The position numbers and the translations under genes are program-made. A stretch of 64,000 bases of DNA from a virus (lineage: Duplodnaviria; Caudoviricetes). The notes beneath the pieces are model-generated. The model was not told where the DNA came from, did not search any database, and saw nothing but the letters and a program-made list of their open reading frames with translations. The stretch spans positions 1-64,000 of IMG/VR virus record IMGVR_UViG_2718218211_000001; one strand, 5' to 3'. This document shows, piece by piece, positions 47,555 through 58,388 of this stretch. Each line of letters opens with the position of its first letter. The stretch's first letter is position 1.

Positions 47555-47960
47555 GCTTAGTGTCGTCAGACCGACCACATGCAATAGCTGCTCTTTTGTA
47601 GGCTGGATTTAACAAAGAACCGAAAGGTGCGGAATCAGAGTGATGCAGTGTTTTCAATTTTTGTGCAATCAGTTCCGGGGTCAATTCATCCCCAGCATAA
47701 AGCAATTCACCGTACTGACGGCTTTGTACGCTAGCACGCTCGGAAATAATTGCGGGTTGCCACACAAGTTGAATTGTTGCGATTACAACAACGGGCAAAG
47801 CGAATACCCATTCCAGCCCGGTATCGGCTATGACAGCAGTACCGCTAATAATCTGAATAGCAGTCATCAATTTGTCAGCCCTACCGTGAAGTGTCGCTGT
47901 CATAAGCTCAAGGTAATAGCAGTAATGCAACTGGAAATATTCGGAGCTTTGTTTAGTCAT
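47502..47960 (-). CDS. 2-TM membrane protein inserted antisense in the early operon (SLATT-like topology)
   Basis: Two hydrophobic segments followed by a helical tail; RBS AGGA. Confidence 0.7.
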   Translation of the reverse strand: MTKQSSEYFQLHYCYYLELMTATLHGRADKLMTAIQIISGTAVIADTGLEWVFALPVVVIATIQLVWQPAIISERASVQSRQYGELLYAGDELTPELIAQKLKTLHHSDSAPFGSLLNPAYKRAAIACGRSDDTKLSFQEKLFAWFAGCLPR

Positions 47961-47969
47961 GCCGGATTC

Positions 47970-48050
47970 CTATTTTTTATCTTGCCCCGGTTCTGGCTTA
48001 GGTGCAGGGGCAGGACGAGGCAATACATGGAAGTTGTCAGAGTCTGACAT
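47970..48050 (-). CDS. 26-aa proline-rich micro-peptide (absent from ORF track)
   Basis: AAGGAG RBS, MSDSDNFHVLPRPAPAPKPEPGQDKK*, 9 nt before the next ATG. Confidence 0.5.
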   Translation of the reverse strand: MSDSDNFHVLPRPAPAPKPEPGQDKK

Positions 48051-48179
48051 CAGGTTTCTCCTTCGAGGGGTAGGTGATTGTTGGCGCAAATAGTCTACCA
48101 CTAAGGCACGCGCCGGGCGTGTGAAAAAATTCCCGGCACAACTTCAAATAGGTATATGTACGACGAGATAGGAGGGAGA

Positions 48180-48521
48180 ATGGCTATTGATGGCCCGGTG
48201 GCGACAGTTCCACTAAGCCCCGGCAAACGCCTGGATGGGTTGAATCATATTGCTGAATTACGCGCAAAAGTGTTCGGCCTGAATATTGAGTCGGAGCTTG
48301 AAAGGTTCATTGAAGATATGCGCGACCAAAGGGATGTTAACAATAAACAAAATGAGAGGGCACTGGCAGCCATATTCTATATGGCAAAGATTCCAGCAGA
48401 ACGTCATAGCGTCAATATTAGTGATCTGACTACTGACGAAAAGCGGGAACTGATTAAAGCAATGAATCATTTTCGTGCAGTGGTGAGCTTATTTCCAAAA
48501 CGGCTAACCATGCCGAATTAA
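48180..48521 (+). CDS. DUF5347-like P2 early protein
   Basis: GLNHIAELR, LIKAMNHFRAVVSLFP. Confidence 0.75.
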   Translation: MAIDGPVATVPLSPGKRLDGLNHIAELRAKVFGLNIESELERFIEDMRDQRDVNNKQNERALAAIFYMAKIPAERHSVNISDLTTDEKRELIKAMNHFRAVVSLFPKRLTMPN

Positions 48522-48588
48522 CCCACAACAGAAATTAATGGCGTAAACCCGCCGGGCTTCTTATTGCCCAAATTCAGGAGAAACAACA

Positions 48589-48822
48589 ATGCGAAATATT
48601 GAAACCCGTATCACTAAAACCGGACCAGATGATGCTGGCCTTAATCAGCTGCTGACTGATGCGCGCATGGAAGAACGCCGTGGACGCGCTGATTTGATGG
48701 CAGCACGTCTGGACTCTTTGGCTGCCCATATCGTGTCACGTCAGCTTAACCACACGGAAGCGGCTGAGCTGCTGCGTCAAGAAGCGGTGAAGATTCAGAA
48801 CGAAGCGCAGGAGATCCACTGA
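48589..48822 (+). CDS. DUF2732-like protein
   Basis: LLTDARMEER...AAELLRQEA. Confidence 0.8.
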   Translation: MRNIETRITKTGPDDAGLNQLLTDARMEERRGRADLMAARLDSLAAHIVSRQLNHTEAAELLRQEAVKIQNEAQEIH

Positions 48823-49049
48823 TGGCTGATTCAATGGACCTCGTACAGCAGCGCGTTGAAGAAGAACGCCAGCGCCACATCCATACCGCCCGCAATAAAA
48901 CGCCGGGCGTTTCCCGTGTTCTCTGCATTGATTGCGATGCACCGATCCCGCCAGCACGCCGCCTCGCCATTCCGGGCGTGCAGTGCTGCATCACCTGTCA
49001 GGAAATAGCAGAGCTGAAAGGCAAACACTACAACGGAGGTGCTGTATGA
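48822..49049 (+). CDS. TraR/DksA C4 zinc-finger protein
   Basis: CIDC...CITCQ. Confidence 0.88.
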   Translation: MADSMDLVQQRVEEERQRHIHTARNKTPGVSRVLCIDCDAPIPPARRLAIPGVQCCITCQEIAELKGKHYNGGAV

Positions 49050-49903
49050 GCACCATCCTGAAATGGGCGGGTAATAAAACCGCCATCATGGCAGAACTGA
49101 AAAAACACCTCCCAGCAGGCCCGCGACTGGTTGAACCTTTCGCGGGTTCATGCGCTGTGATGATAGAGACAGACTATCCTCATTATCTTGTCGCGGATAT
49201 TAATCCAGACCTGATTAATCTCTATCAGGTGATTAAGAATGATGTTGAATACTTCATCAAAGAGGGCAGATATCTTTTTGAAGCCCGTAATGATCCAGAG
49301 GCATATTATAAGACGAGACAGGAGTTTAACTTGCGCCATGGTGGCGCAATTGAACGGGCATTGTATTTCTTATATTTAAATCGCCATGGTTATCGCGGAC
49401 TGTGTCGCTATAACTTGGACGGTTATTTTAATGTTCCTTACGGTAATTATAAAAAGCCGTACTTCCCTGAAAACGAAATACGTGCATTTGCAGAAAAAGC
49501 AAAACGCGCAACGTTTATCTGCGCCAGCTATGACGAGACACTGGCACTGCTGCAAACGGGTGATGTTGTCTATTGCGATCCACCATATGACGGCACGTTT
49601 AACGGATATCACACAGCTGGTTTTACAGAGAATGATCAGTTCCATCTGGCGTCTATTCTTGAACGCCGGTCATCAGAAGGTCATCCGGTTATCGTGTCCA
49701 ACAGCGATACGTCTCTGACCCGTTCACTTTATCGTGATTTTACTCGCCATCGTATAACCGCTAAGCGCAGCATGGGCGTGGCTGCCGGTGATAGTAAAAC
49801 TGCAGTAGAAATCATCGCCACAAAATCAGCATGCTGGTTTGGTGTTGATTTGGCGTCTGGTCCTGATATCTCGGTGGAAACTGAGGTGCGGGCGTGGCAG
49901 TGA
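49046..49903 (+). CDS. dam: Dam-family DNA adenine methylase
   Basis: LKWAGNK, EPFAGS, YCDPPY. Confidence 0.92.
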   Translation: MSTILKWAGNKTAIMAELKKHLPAGPRLVEPFAGSCAVMIETDYPHYLVADINPDLINLYQVIKNDVEYFIKEGRYLFEARNDPEAYYKTRQEFNLRHGGAIERALYFLYLNRHGYRGLCRYNLDGYFNVPYGNYKKPYFPENEIRAFAEKAKRATFICASYDETLALLQTGDVVYCDPPYDGTFNGYHTAGFTENDQFHLASILERRSSEGHPVIVSNSDTSLTRSLYRDFTRHRITAKRSMGVAAGDSKTAVEIIATKSACWFGVDLASGPDISVETEVRAWQ

Positions 49904-52323
49904 GTAAATTCACATTACATAATGCACCAACCACCGGCGGTTCGAATGAGGCCGCCGTGGTCTTTCCATGGAATACCCCAAAAAAAGCGGTTAACCCGTA
50001 TCTGGACCCGGCGGAAGTTGCGCCGGAGTCTGCGCTTTCAAACCTGATCGCTCTTTACGCTGCGGATAACGAGCAGGAGCAGTTGCGCCGTGAGACGCTG
50101 AGCGATGAGGTCTGGGAACGCTATTTCTTCAATGAATCCCGTGATCCTGTCCAGCGTGAAATAGAGCAGGATCGGCTGATTAGCCATGCCAAAACGGCGC
50201 GTGAGCAGCAGCGTTTTAATCCCGATCTGGTCATTATTGCCGACGTGGGCGCCCAACCGGCGCATATCAGCAAGCCGCTACTTGAACGGATTAAATATTT
50301 CCATAGCCTGGGCAGATCAAAAGCTTATTCCCGCTACCTGCGCGAAACAATCAGGCCGTGTCTTGAGCGGCTGGAGCGCGTGCGTGACAGCCAGGTGTCT
50401 GCGTCTTTCCGGTTCATGGCGAGCCACGACGGGCTGGAGGGGCTGCTGGTACTCCCTGAAATGAATCAGAATCAGGTCAAACGCCTATCCACGCTGGTTG
50501 CGGCACATATGAGCATGTGTCTTGATGCGGCCTGCGGTGATCTGTTTGTCAGTGACGATGTTAAACCAGAAGAAATCCGCCAGGCATGGGAAAGGGTTGC
50601 TGCAGAAGCCATGCGCCTTGAGGTCATTCCGCCAGCCTTTGAGCAGTTGCGCCGCAAAAAGCGCCGCCGTAAGCCGGTGCCTTATGAACTGATCCCACCG
50701 TCGCTGGCCCGTATGCTGTGCGCGGACTGGTGGTGTCGCAAATTGTGGCAGATGCGCTGCGAGTGGCGGGAGGAGCAGTTGCGCGCCGTCTGCCTGGTCA
50801 ACAAGAAAGCCTCACCGTATGTCAGCTATGAAGCCGTGATCCACAAACGCGAGCAGCGCCGCAAATCGCTGGAGTTCTTCCGCTCGCATGAGCTGATCAA
50901 CGAAGACGGCGACACGCTGGACATGGAAGACGTGGTGAACGCCAGCAACAGCAACCCGGCGCACCGCCGTAATGAAATGATGGCCTGTGTTAAGGGGCTG
51001 GAGCTGATCGCGGAAATGCGTGGAGACTGCGCGGTGTTTTATACCATCACCTGCCCGTCACGCTTCCACGCAACTCTCAACAACGGCAGGCCTAATCCGA
51101 AGTGGACCAGTGCCACGGTCCGGCAGAGCAGTGACTATCTGGTTGATACATTCGCCGCTTTCCGCAAGGCCATGCACAAGACCGGGCTGCGCTGGTACGG
51201 CGTCCGCGTTGCAGAGCCGCACCATGACGGCACCGTGCACTGGCATCTTCTGTGCTTTATGCGCAAAAAAGACCGTCGTTCCATCACCGCGCTGCTGCGT
51301 AAGTTTGCCATCCGTGAAGACCGCGAGGAGCTGGGCACCAATACCGGGCCGCGCTTCAAGTCCGAGCTAATCAACCCGCGCAAGGGCACGCCGACAAGCT
51401 ACATCGCCAAATACATCAGTAAGAACATCGACGGGCGCGGGCTGGCTAAAGAAATCAGCAAAGAAACCGGCAGACCACTGCGTGACAGCGCCGAGCATGT
51501 CAGCGCCTGGGCGTCGCTGCACCGTGTCCAGCAATTTCGTTTCTTTGGTATTCCGGGGCGTCAGGCATACCGCGAGCTGCGCTTGCTGGCAGGTCAGGCG
51601 GCGAAAGTACAAGGCGAACGCAAAGCGGGTGCGCCGGTACTGGATAATCCGCGTCTGGATGCGGTACTGGCAGCTGCGGATGCAGGTTGCTTTGCCACCT
51701 ACATCATGAAACAGGGCGGTGTACTGGTTCCCCGCAAACATCACCTTGTCCGCACAGCTTATGAGCTTAACGACGAACCGAGCGCCTACGGCGATCACGG
51801 TATCCGTATCTATGGCATCTGGTCCCCGATTGCAGAGGGCAAGATTTGCACGCACGCGATGAAGTGGAAAAAGGTTCGTAAGGCCGTTGACGTTCAGGAG
51901 GCGGCAGCCGACCAGGGCGCTTGCGCCCCTTGGACTCGTGGCAATAACTGTCCCCTTGCTGAAAATTTGAACCAACAGGAGAAAGATAAATCAGCTGATG
52001 GGGGCACCAGAACGGACATTACCCGCATGGATGACAAGGAATTGCACGATTACCTGTACAGTATGAGCAAAAAAGATCGCCGGGAGCTGGCAGCAAGGTT
52101 GCGCCTAGTTAAACCGAAAAGGCGTAAAGACTACAAACAGCGAATTACAGATCATCAGCATCAGCAGCTCGTCTATGAACTGAAGTCCAGAGGATTTGAT
52201 GGCAGCGAGAAAGAAGTCGATTTGCTCCTTCGCGGTGGCAGTATTCCATCAGGAGCAGGCCTGCGTATCTTCTATCGGAACCAGCGTCTGAAGGAAGATG
52301 ATAAGTGGCGGAACCAGTATTAA
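49894..52323 (+). CDS. Rolling-circle replication protein A
   Basis: [30 protein letters not shown]. Confidence 0.95.
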   Translation: MAVSKFTLHNAPTTGGSNEAAVVFPWNTPKKAVNPYLDPAEVAPESALSNLIALYAADNEQEQLRRETLSDEVWERYFFNESRDPVQREIEQDRLISHAKTAREQQRFNPDLVIIADVGAQPAHISKPLLERIKYFHSLGRSKAYSRYLRETIRPCLERLERVRDSQVSASFRFMASHDGLEGLLVLPEMNQNQVKRLSTLVAAHMSMCLDAACGDLFVSDDVKPEEIRQAWERVAAEAMRLEVIPPAFEQLRRKKRRRKPVPYELIPPSLARMLCADWWCRKLWQMRCEWREEQLRAVCLVNKKASPYVSYEAVIHKREQRRKSLEFFRSHELINEDGDTLDMEDVVNASNSNPAHRRNEMMACVKGLELIAEMRGDCAVFYTITCPSRFHATLNNGRPNPKWTSATVRQSSDYLVDTFAAFRKAMHKTGLRWYGVRVAEPHHDGTVHWHLLCFMRKKDRRSITALLRKFAIREDREELGTNTGPRFKSELINPRKGTPTSYIAKYISKNIDGRGLAKEISKETGRPLRDSAEHVSAWASLHRVQQFRFFGIPGRQAYRELRLLAGQAAKVQGERKAGAPVLDNPRLDAVLAAADAGCFATYIMKQGGVLVPRKHHLVRTAYELNDEPSAYGDHGIRIYGIWSPIAEGKICTHAMKWKKVRKAVDVQEAAADQGACAPWTRGNNCPLAENLNQQEKDKSADGGTRTDITRMDDKELHDYLYSMSKKDRRELAARLRLVKPKRRKDYKQRITDHQHQQLVYELKSRGFDGSEKEVDLLLRGGSIPSGAGLRIFYRNQRLKEDDKWRNQY
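51923..51951 (+). other. P2-type ori within gene A
   Basis: GCGCCCCTTGGACTCGTGGCAATAACTGT resembles the P2 ori. Confidence 0.6.
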
Positions 52324-52416
52324 TTACGCGGGTTAACAATTCGTGCTCTTAATAATACCAGGCATATCAGGCTGATGAACGTAAAAAACGTTTTACATCA
52401 GTAAGATTATTATATA

Positions 52417-52447
52417 CTGTAAATATAAACAGTGGTTATGTGTACAG
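52417..52447 (+). promoter_or_regulatory. LexA boxes upstream of tum
   Basis: CTGTAAATATAAACAG plus an adjacent degenerate box. Confidence 0.85.
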
Positions 52448-52475
52448 TATTGCTTGTGGTGTCATAGGAGGAAAG

Positions 52476-52664
52476 ATGCAGGACTATTTTTTGGAGTCTT
52501 TGAAGCTCCAGCGCATTGATTTTTTTCTTAAGCTTGTAGCGGCTAGTGAGTGTAGTGATGAAGAGAAGGGGCTGGCCCTGCAGTGGGTTTCTGAACTGAC
52601 AGATGAACTCATGGCAAAAATCAGAACCCACGAATACAACCGCTCAATGGATGTCATCAATTGA
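52476..52664 (+). CDS. SOS-induced antirepressor (TumA-like)
   Basis: MQDYFLESLKLQRIDFF; LexA-controlled position after A as in Fels-2/186. Confidence 0.75.
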   Translation: MQDYFLESLKLQRIDFFLKLVAASECSDEEKGLALQWVSELTDELMAKIRTHEYNRSMDVIN

Positions 52665-52674
52665 GGTGACTTTT

Positions 52675-52908
52675 ATGCGCATTGAAATAATGATCGATAA
52701 AGAGCAGAAGATTAGCCAGTCTACCCTGGACGCCCTTGAATCCGAGCTTTACCGCAATCTGCGCCCCCTGTATCCCAAAACGGTAATTCGTATCCGCAAA
52801 GGTAGCTCTAACGGTGTGGAACTGACCGGATTGCAACTGGATGAAGAAAGAAAACAAGTGATGAAAATTATGCAGAAGGTGTGGGAAGACGACAGCTGGC
52901 TACATTGA
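52675..52908 (+). CDS. DinI-like protein (TumB position)
   Basis: MRIEIMIDK...VWEDDSW. Confidence 0.85.
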   Translation: MRIEIMIDKEQKISQSTLDALESELYRNLRPLYPKTVIRIRKGSSNGVELTGLQLDEERKQVMKIMQKVWEDDSWLH

Positions 52909-53021
52909 TTTTGTCAATAGACGCTTGTTTTTACTAATCAAAAAGGGTTACATATGAGTGAGAGGCGATGTCAATCAGATATCGCCTTGTTTTTCGTCAA
53001 GAAAAGAATAATAGGCTAAAA

Positions 53022-53699
53022 ATGAAAATTAATAATGTAGCGTTAACAATATCTCTTGCTGTAATCCTAACTGGTTGCGTGCCACATGCTTCTAACCGAA
53101 ATATCACTGCTATTGAAGTGGTGAAGCCTGCTATTGGGCAAAGTGCTACCGCCTACATGGGCGATCCCATTATCACATCTGCTACTGGATTTAAAACGGA
53201 CGTACTAGAACTTGGTGCGGCTAATGGTGCATTGTCTTCTATCGCTGCTGGTACATATTGCAGTGAGGGGAATGGAATTTACCGCAATTATCATAACCCT
53301 CAAGCTGTTGCGTTAAAAAATCTCTATGGGCAAATCGGTAACTATGTTGATTATGTTAGTTACGATGCTGCAAAAAATGAGATATCACCGCCAAATGGCA
53401 CTTCTTATACTGCATCAGAAATTTCTATCAAACGTGTTCCTGATGGACTGTGTCGAGTGAGTAACTCATTGGTTAAGACTATCGAATACAATGGAAATGC
53501 AGGCGGTGTAATGAAGTTCACCTATCGTGAATTTGCAAACGATATGGCTCGTGCAGCATTTACAACAGATTTTTCTGTAGATTCTAAGGGAAGTGATGTT
53601 ATCGCTTACAAAGGTGCCAAGTTCAAAGTGAACAAGGCTGATAACTCGTCTATTTCTTATACAATTATTTCTGGCTTTGACAAGGCTGTCACGTTCTAG
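53022..53699 (+). CDS. Cargo lipoprotein, unknown function
   Basis: Lipobox LTGC; YREFANDMARAAF motif; AT-rich. Confidence 0.8.
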   Translation: MKINNVALTISLAVILTGCVPHASNRNITAIEVVKPAIGQSATAYMGDPIITSATGFKTDVLELGAANGALSSIAAGTYCSEGNGIYRNYHNPQAVALKNLYGQIGNYVDYVSYDAAKNEISPPNGTSYTASEISIKRVPDGLCRVSNSLVKTIEYNGNAGGVMKFTYREFANDMARAAFTTDFSVDSKGSDVIAYKGAKFKVNKADNSSISYTIISGFDKAVTF

Positions 53700-53800
53700 G
53701 TTTCACGCTTACGGACTATGTTACGATTTTGCACATTCTGCATAAACGCGCATGTCTATGCTGCATGAGATCGCATGATCGTTTGAGGATCTTTTGTGTT

Positions 53801-53827
53801 AAGGCCCGCCAGTTCTGGCGGGCTTTT
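53801..53827 (+). terminator. Intrinsic terminator
   Basis: GCCCGCCAG-tt-CTGGCGGGC plus TTTT. Confidence 0.75.
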
Positions 53828-53872
53828 GCGTAGATCATGCAGGTGCATGAAAACCACTACATAAAGCGGGCA

Positions 53873-53891
53873 GGCGTGGCGGGGATACGAG
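53873..53891 (+). other. P2/186-type cos site
   Basis: GGCGTGGCGGGGATACGAG versus 186 GGCGTGGCGGGGAAAGCAT; preceded by GCATG repeats. Confidence 0.75.
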
Positions 53892-54021
53892 CGCGCAGCT
53901 AGCCGTATGCTGGAAATTGTGCTGGAAATCATAATTTTGATTTTGTTATGTCGTTTATGTTGTCAATAGCATAACTTCTTATTTACTATGGGGTTAAATA
54001 ATTTAAGAGAAGAAATGTATT

Positions 54022-54603
54022 ATGACTGGGGAAGTAAAAGTTTTTTGCTGCGGTACTTATCATCCATATCGATACAGAGGAGAGCGTAACCCAAAAGCAG
54101 GTGATCGGCTATCACGTGCGATGATGGATTTGAAGGATCATAATAATCAAAACCACAAAAAAGCTATTCAAACATTTTCAAGTTTAATTATTGATGAATT
54201 AGAACATTATATTATTGGAAAGAAAGAGAATAAAAAGGACTTCACTTCTGTACCGTTTGAAGTATGTGTTGTCCCATCGCATGAAGAGGGTAAAGTGTCT
54301 TCTGCGTTACAAACTATAGCCCAGAAGATATGTGGACATTATGAAAATGGTAAGGTTAGTCAGTCGCTACAGAGAAAAACCACTGTTCCGAGCGCACACA
54401 AAGATAACGGAGATCGCTCAGTGGCTAATCATATGGCAACGATCTCGGTAGTCTCAGATGTAAAGAATAAAGTGATTTTGCTGATTGATGATGTGACAAC
54501 AACTGGCGGAAGTATGATAGCGTGCGTAAATCTGTTAAAATCAAAAGGCGCGAGAACAGTTTTGCCATTAGCATTGTTGGAAACAGCGAATTATGAGGAG
54601 TAA
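54022..54603 (+). CDS. ComF-like phosphoribosyltransferase (candidate defence component)
   Basis: VVPSH and PRPP-binding ILLIDDVTTTGGSM. Confidence 0.88.
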   Translation: MTGEVKVFCCGTYHPYRYRGERNPKAGDRLSRAMMDLKDHNNQNHKKAIQTFSSLIIDELEHYIIGKKENKKDFTSVPFEVCVVPSHEEGKVSSALQTIAQKICGHYENGKVSQSLQRKTTVPSAHKDNGDRSVANHMATISVVSDVKNKVILLIDDVTTTGGSMIACVNLLKSKGARTVLPLALLETANYEE

Positions 54604-55570
54604 TAGCGTGCGCCCTTCAGATCTGAAGAAATATTTAGGCCTTACTATTCAAACAGAGAGGCTAACATCAGAGCAAGGGTTGTTAAAACTCATTAATAGT
54701 TTACGCTTTGACTCTTTAAGAGATATTCATGATTTGGTTGAGTCAGTCAATCTAACATCAATTTTAAAAAATAAATTAACAGTTGAAAGTTTAATAAATG
54801 CTGAAAGGTATTATGATATTCACCGACAATATAAAATAGAAATTATCCCATTTGGTGATGAACGTTACCCACTTTCTTTAGCAATGACACCAAACCCACC
54901 TGCTATGCTTTATATTAGAGGTGATGTCAATATTCTTCATGAAATGCCAGGCGTAGCTATCGTCGGATCTCGGCAGGTATCGCGTGCTGGAGAGGAGATT
55001 ACAAAGAGAGTCACTTCTAGAATATGTGAGAGTGGGTTAGTGATAGTTAGTGGTCTTGCTATCGGGACTGATACAAATGCTCATCAGGCATCTCTTGATG
55101 CACATGCTAAAACGATCGCTGTTTTAGCTCATGGACTCGAATTAGCCAAACCTAAACAAAATGCCAAACTGGCTAGAGACATTTTAGAGAATGGTGGGGC
55201 ATGGATGTCTGAATATCCAGTAGGTCGACCAGCATTTAAACAATCTTTTGTTCAACGAAATAGAATCCAAGTTGGATTATCGGCAACGTCCATTCTTATT
55301 GAGGCAGCGAAGGATAGCGGCACTATGACTCAAGCAGATTTTGCGATAAAAGCAGGTAGACCTATTTTTGCTGTTGTACCTCATAAAATAAACAATCCCT
55401 TAGGATTAAATTGCGAAGGAAATATTCAACTGGTTAATAATAATCTTGCCAGTCCTTTAAGGACTAGTGAAGATTACGATGACTTAATGGCAGTTATTGC
55501 AGACTCAATTAATCGCATTGCTGAATATTCAAAAATATATTTAAATAATATAAATACTTCTTTACTTTAA
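54593..55570 (+). CDS. DprA/Smf (SLOG) protein (candidate defence component)
   Basis: AIVGSR, IVSGLAIGTD, RNRIQVGLS, SGT motifs. Confidence 0.9.
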   Translation: MRSNSVRPSDLKKYLGLTIQTERLTSEQGLLKLINSLRFDSLRDIHDLVESVNLTSILKNKLTVESLINAERYYDIHRQYKIEIIPFGDERYPLSLAMTPNPPAMLYIRGDVNILHEMPGVAIVGSRQVSRAGEEITKRVTSRICESGLVIVSGLAIGTDTNAHQASLDAHAKTIAVLAHGLELAKPKQNAKLARDILENGGAWMSEYPVGRPAFKQSFVQRNRIQVGLSATSILIEAAKDSGTMTQADFAIKAGRPIFAVVPHKINNPLGLNCEGNIQLVNNNLASPLRTSEDYDDLMAVIADSINRIAEYSKIYLNNINTSLL

Positions 55571-55596
55571 AAGAGGCAGGTAATCTGCCTCAATAA

Positions 55597-56622
55597 TTAT
55601 AGCTCATAACTATCAAAACTAATTATCTGTTGTCCGAACCATTCATTTAGCTCCTGTAGCCGCTTCTGCAGCGGCATCAGCTCGTTGCGGACAAAAACGC
55701 GACTAGCCTTCTCCACATCCCCAAACCCCCCAACATTGCTCGGCATAATCCCCATCATCTGAGGCGGCACGCGGTGCGCCGCCATCATGTCATCACGGCT
55801 TACGTTCTTGATATTCAGAAACTCATCCTTTGCCGCCACCTCTGACAGTGGGATGATCTGAATTCCATCCTTTTTGCCGTTGGGTGAGTACATAAACAGG
55901 TTGCGGAAGTTACCCGGACCTTTGGCGCTTTTCATGGCCTGGCGGATGTTGTTCACGTCCTCCTGGTTCTGCGCGGCGTCAGTCATATACATGATGAAGC
56001 CTGCGTGGCTGCCGTTAATGTAGTACTTCCGGCGGAACAGTGTTGCGGACTCATTCAGCAGGGCGGAAGGGATGGCTGACAGATATTCCGGCAGGCCGTA
56101 AATCTCCTGGTTTAAATCCGGCTCCATCAGGTGAAAGATGCTGCCTTTGGTAAACTCGTAGGGCTGCGTGGTCATGCCGTATTGCACAAACCAGTAGGTA
56201 TCCAGATCCACGCCGCGGCGGGTGTATTTCGCCAGTGATGGCTCCAGCGACAGAATGCCGCCGAGTCGGTTGGTGCGCTTCTCCAGATAGGCATTACCGA
56301 ATACCAGATAGTCCTGCACAAACCGGCTGAACGCCTGCTGGCTAAGAAGTGGATGCGGGATAAAGGTGCTGGTCAGAATGTTGCGTTTTACCGCAATGGG
56401 AGAGCTGTGATGCACTGCGGCACGGTAGGTTCGCGCCAGCCCGTCAAAGCTTACTGGCGGCTCATACCAGCGGTCCATCTGCACGCATTCCACATAGTCC
56501 AGCAGTTCGCGGCGGTCCAGAACAGGAACGGGATCACCGAAGCTGAATGCTTCGGCTGAAGTCTGGCTTTTATGCTGGATCTGTTTCGTCGACGCAGCGC
56601 GGTTCTTCTTACTCTTTCCCAT
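55597..56622 (-). CDS. Portal protein Q
   Basis: AFSFGDP, YGLPEY, AAHRVPP. Confidence 0.95.
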   Translation of the reverse strand: MGKSKKNRAASTKQIQHKSQTSAEAFSFGDPVPVLDRRELLDYVECVQMDRWYEPPVSFDGLARTYRAAVHHSSPIAVKRNILTSTFIPHPLLSQQAFSRFVQDYLVFGNAYLEKRTNRLGGILSLEPSLAKYTRRGVDLDTYWFVQYGMTTQPYEFTKGSIFHLMEPDLNQEIYGLPEYLSAIPSALLNESATLFRRKYYINGSHAGFIMYMTDAAQNQEDVNNIRQAMKSAKGPGNFRNLFMYSPNGKKDGIQIIPLSEVAAKDEFLNIKNVSRDDMMAAHRVPPQMMGIMPSNVGGFGDVEKASRVFVRNELMPLQKRLQELNEWFGQQIISFDSYEL

Positions 56623-58388
56623 CAAAAAATCTCCACAATATTGCTGGTATTGGCGGACTCGCCCTGCAGCGGTTCGTTAAACAGTGCGTGCATTGTTGCC
56701 CAGGCCAAATCTGCGTGGCTGGCCTCTTCGCTGCGGCTGGCTTCATAGGTTGGACGGTTGCCGCTGGCGGTGGTGGCGCGGCGGATAGCCATAAAGGACT
56801 GCGCAATGTCGGTGTGCCCGGCGTCAAACTCCAGACGGCGGTGGCTGATAATGTCGTACGCCTTGAGCACTAGGGCGTTTTTAACGTTGGGGTTGTAGAC
56901 AAACTCCCGCACGGCAGGAAAGAACGCTTTTACGTTCTCATAAACACCGTGCCCGACGCCGGTCGAGTCGATGCCGATATAGGTCACGTTGTACTGCTGC
57001 GTCAGTTTTTTGATAGCATCAGCCTGGGCGCGAAAGTCCATCCCGCGCCACTGATGACGCTCCAGAATTCGGAACTTCCCGCCCGGTACAGTTGGCGGTG
57101 CCATAACCACGCAGCCTGCGCTGTCACCGTTCTGCGTACCTTTTGCCGGGTCATAACCGATCCACACTTCGCGCCAGCCAAACGGGCGCAGGGCCAGTGC
57201 ATGAAAGTCGGTCCAGACTTCCCAGCTGTCCACCATGCACGCCTGCAGCTCGCTGAGCGGAAACACGGACGCGAGATCGTCCACAAACTCGCACATCAGC
57301 AGGTTCTGGTATTCGTCCGGGCTGTACTCCATGCGCAACTGGTCAAGGTCGAACAGGTTACAGCCGCCGCGCACCGCATCTTCCACGGTGACTATCTGGC
57401 GGTATTGCCCGTCTGCGCACAGCAGGCCGGGGGCCAGATTGCTGTGGGACAGGTCGATGTCCACCTTGTCGGCTTTGCTGCGCCCACGGTTGAACAGCGC
57501 ACCGGACCAGAACGGATAAGCACTGTGTGTCAGGCTGGATGGCGTGGAAAAATAGGTTTGTCGCCATTTTTTGTGAATAGCCATACCGGAAGCCACTTTG
57601 CGCAGCTCCTGGAATTTCGGTATCCAGAAATATTCATCCAGATACAGGTTGCCGTGGTAACTCTGGGCTGTGCGGGCATTGGTGCCGAGGAAGTAAAGTG
57701 TGGCCCCGTTAGGAAGCACCATCGGATCGCCTTTCAGCTCCACCTCGACTTCTTTGGCGAAGTCGATGATGTACTGCTTAAAGACGTAAGCCTGTGCCTT
57801 ACTGGCGGAAAGGAAAATCTGGTTACGTCCGGTAAGCAGGGCGTCAATCAGGGCTTCACGGGCAAAGTAAAAGGTAGCGCCTATCTGGCGTGACTTCAGC
57901 AGGTTGCGGATGCGGTTGATTTTTCCGGCTTCCCACCAGTGGCGCTGGTAGTTGAACATGGAGGAATGGAAAATTTCTTCCAGCTTCTCAATCTGTTCAT
58001 CGGTGAAAACATTCTTTTCAGGCTGACGGCGTGGGCCTTTGTTGCGGTTGGCGACGTTAGGGTTTAAGTCGGCTTCGTTGCCGCCATTGTTAAACTTGCC
58101 GATCCGCGCATGGCGCTCAGACTGGCGCGCCAGCAGGTCAATCTCTTTGAAATCTTTCCCTTCTTTGTGCTCCTTCATGATGAGCTGGCAGTAGCGTGCG
58201 GCGGTGGTGAGCTGCATCTGATCCAGCGGCCCATAGTCACCCCACTTGTCGCGTTTTTTCCAGCTGTGAACGGTTGCAACTTTCTCGCCCAGCATTTCAG
58301 CAATGCGGGCTACGCGGTATCCCTGAAAGTACAGCAGCATGGCCTGCCGACGGGGATCGAGATCTGCGGGTGTCAGTGTGGTGTTCAT
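56622..58388 (-). CDS. Terminase ATPase subunit P
   Basis: LKSRQIGATFYFA, YLDEYFW, HADLAWA. Confidence 0.95.
   Translation of the reverse strand: MNTTLTPADLDPRRQAMLLYFQGYRVARIAEMLGEKVATVHSWKKRDKWGDYGPLDQMQLTTAARYCQLIMKEHKEGKDFKEIDLLARQSERHARIGKFNNGGNEADLNPNVANRNKGPRRQPEKNVFTDEQIEKLEEIFHSSMFNYQRHWWEAGKINRIRNLLKSRQIGATFYFAREALIDALLTGRNQIFLSASKAQAYVFKQYIIDFAKEVEVELKGDPMVLPNGATLYFLGTNARTAQSYHGNLYLDEYFWIPKFQELRKVASGMAIHKKWRQTYFSTPSSLTHSAYPFWSGALFNRGRSKADKVDIDLSHSNLAPGLLCADGQYRQIVTVEDAVRGGCNLFDLDQLRMEYSPDEYQNLLMCEFVDDLASVFPLSELQACMVDSWEVWTDFHALALRPFGWREVWIGYDPAKGTQNGDSAGCVVMAPPTVPGGKFRILERHQWRGMDFRAQADAIKKLTQQYNVTYIGIDSTGVGHGVYENVKAFFPAVREFVYNPNVKNALVLKAYDIISHRRLEFDAGHTDIAQSFMAIRRATTASGNRPTYEASRSEEASHADLAWATMHALFNEPLQGESANTSNIVEIF

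Noticed and set aside
54593-55570. Natural competence locus (dprA/comF)
   Set aside because: AT-rich prophage cargo with no other competence genes; the context fits defence.
56949-57893. 314-aa plus-strand ORF
   Set aside because: Antisense to terminase P; codon-mirror artefact.
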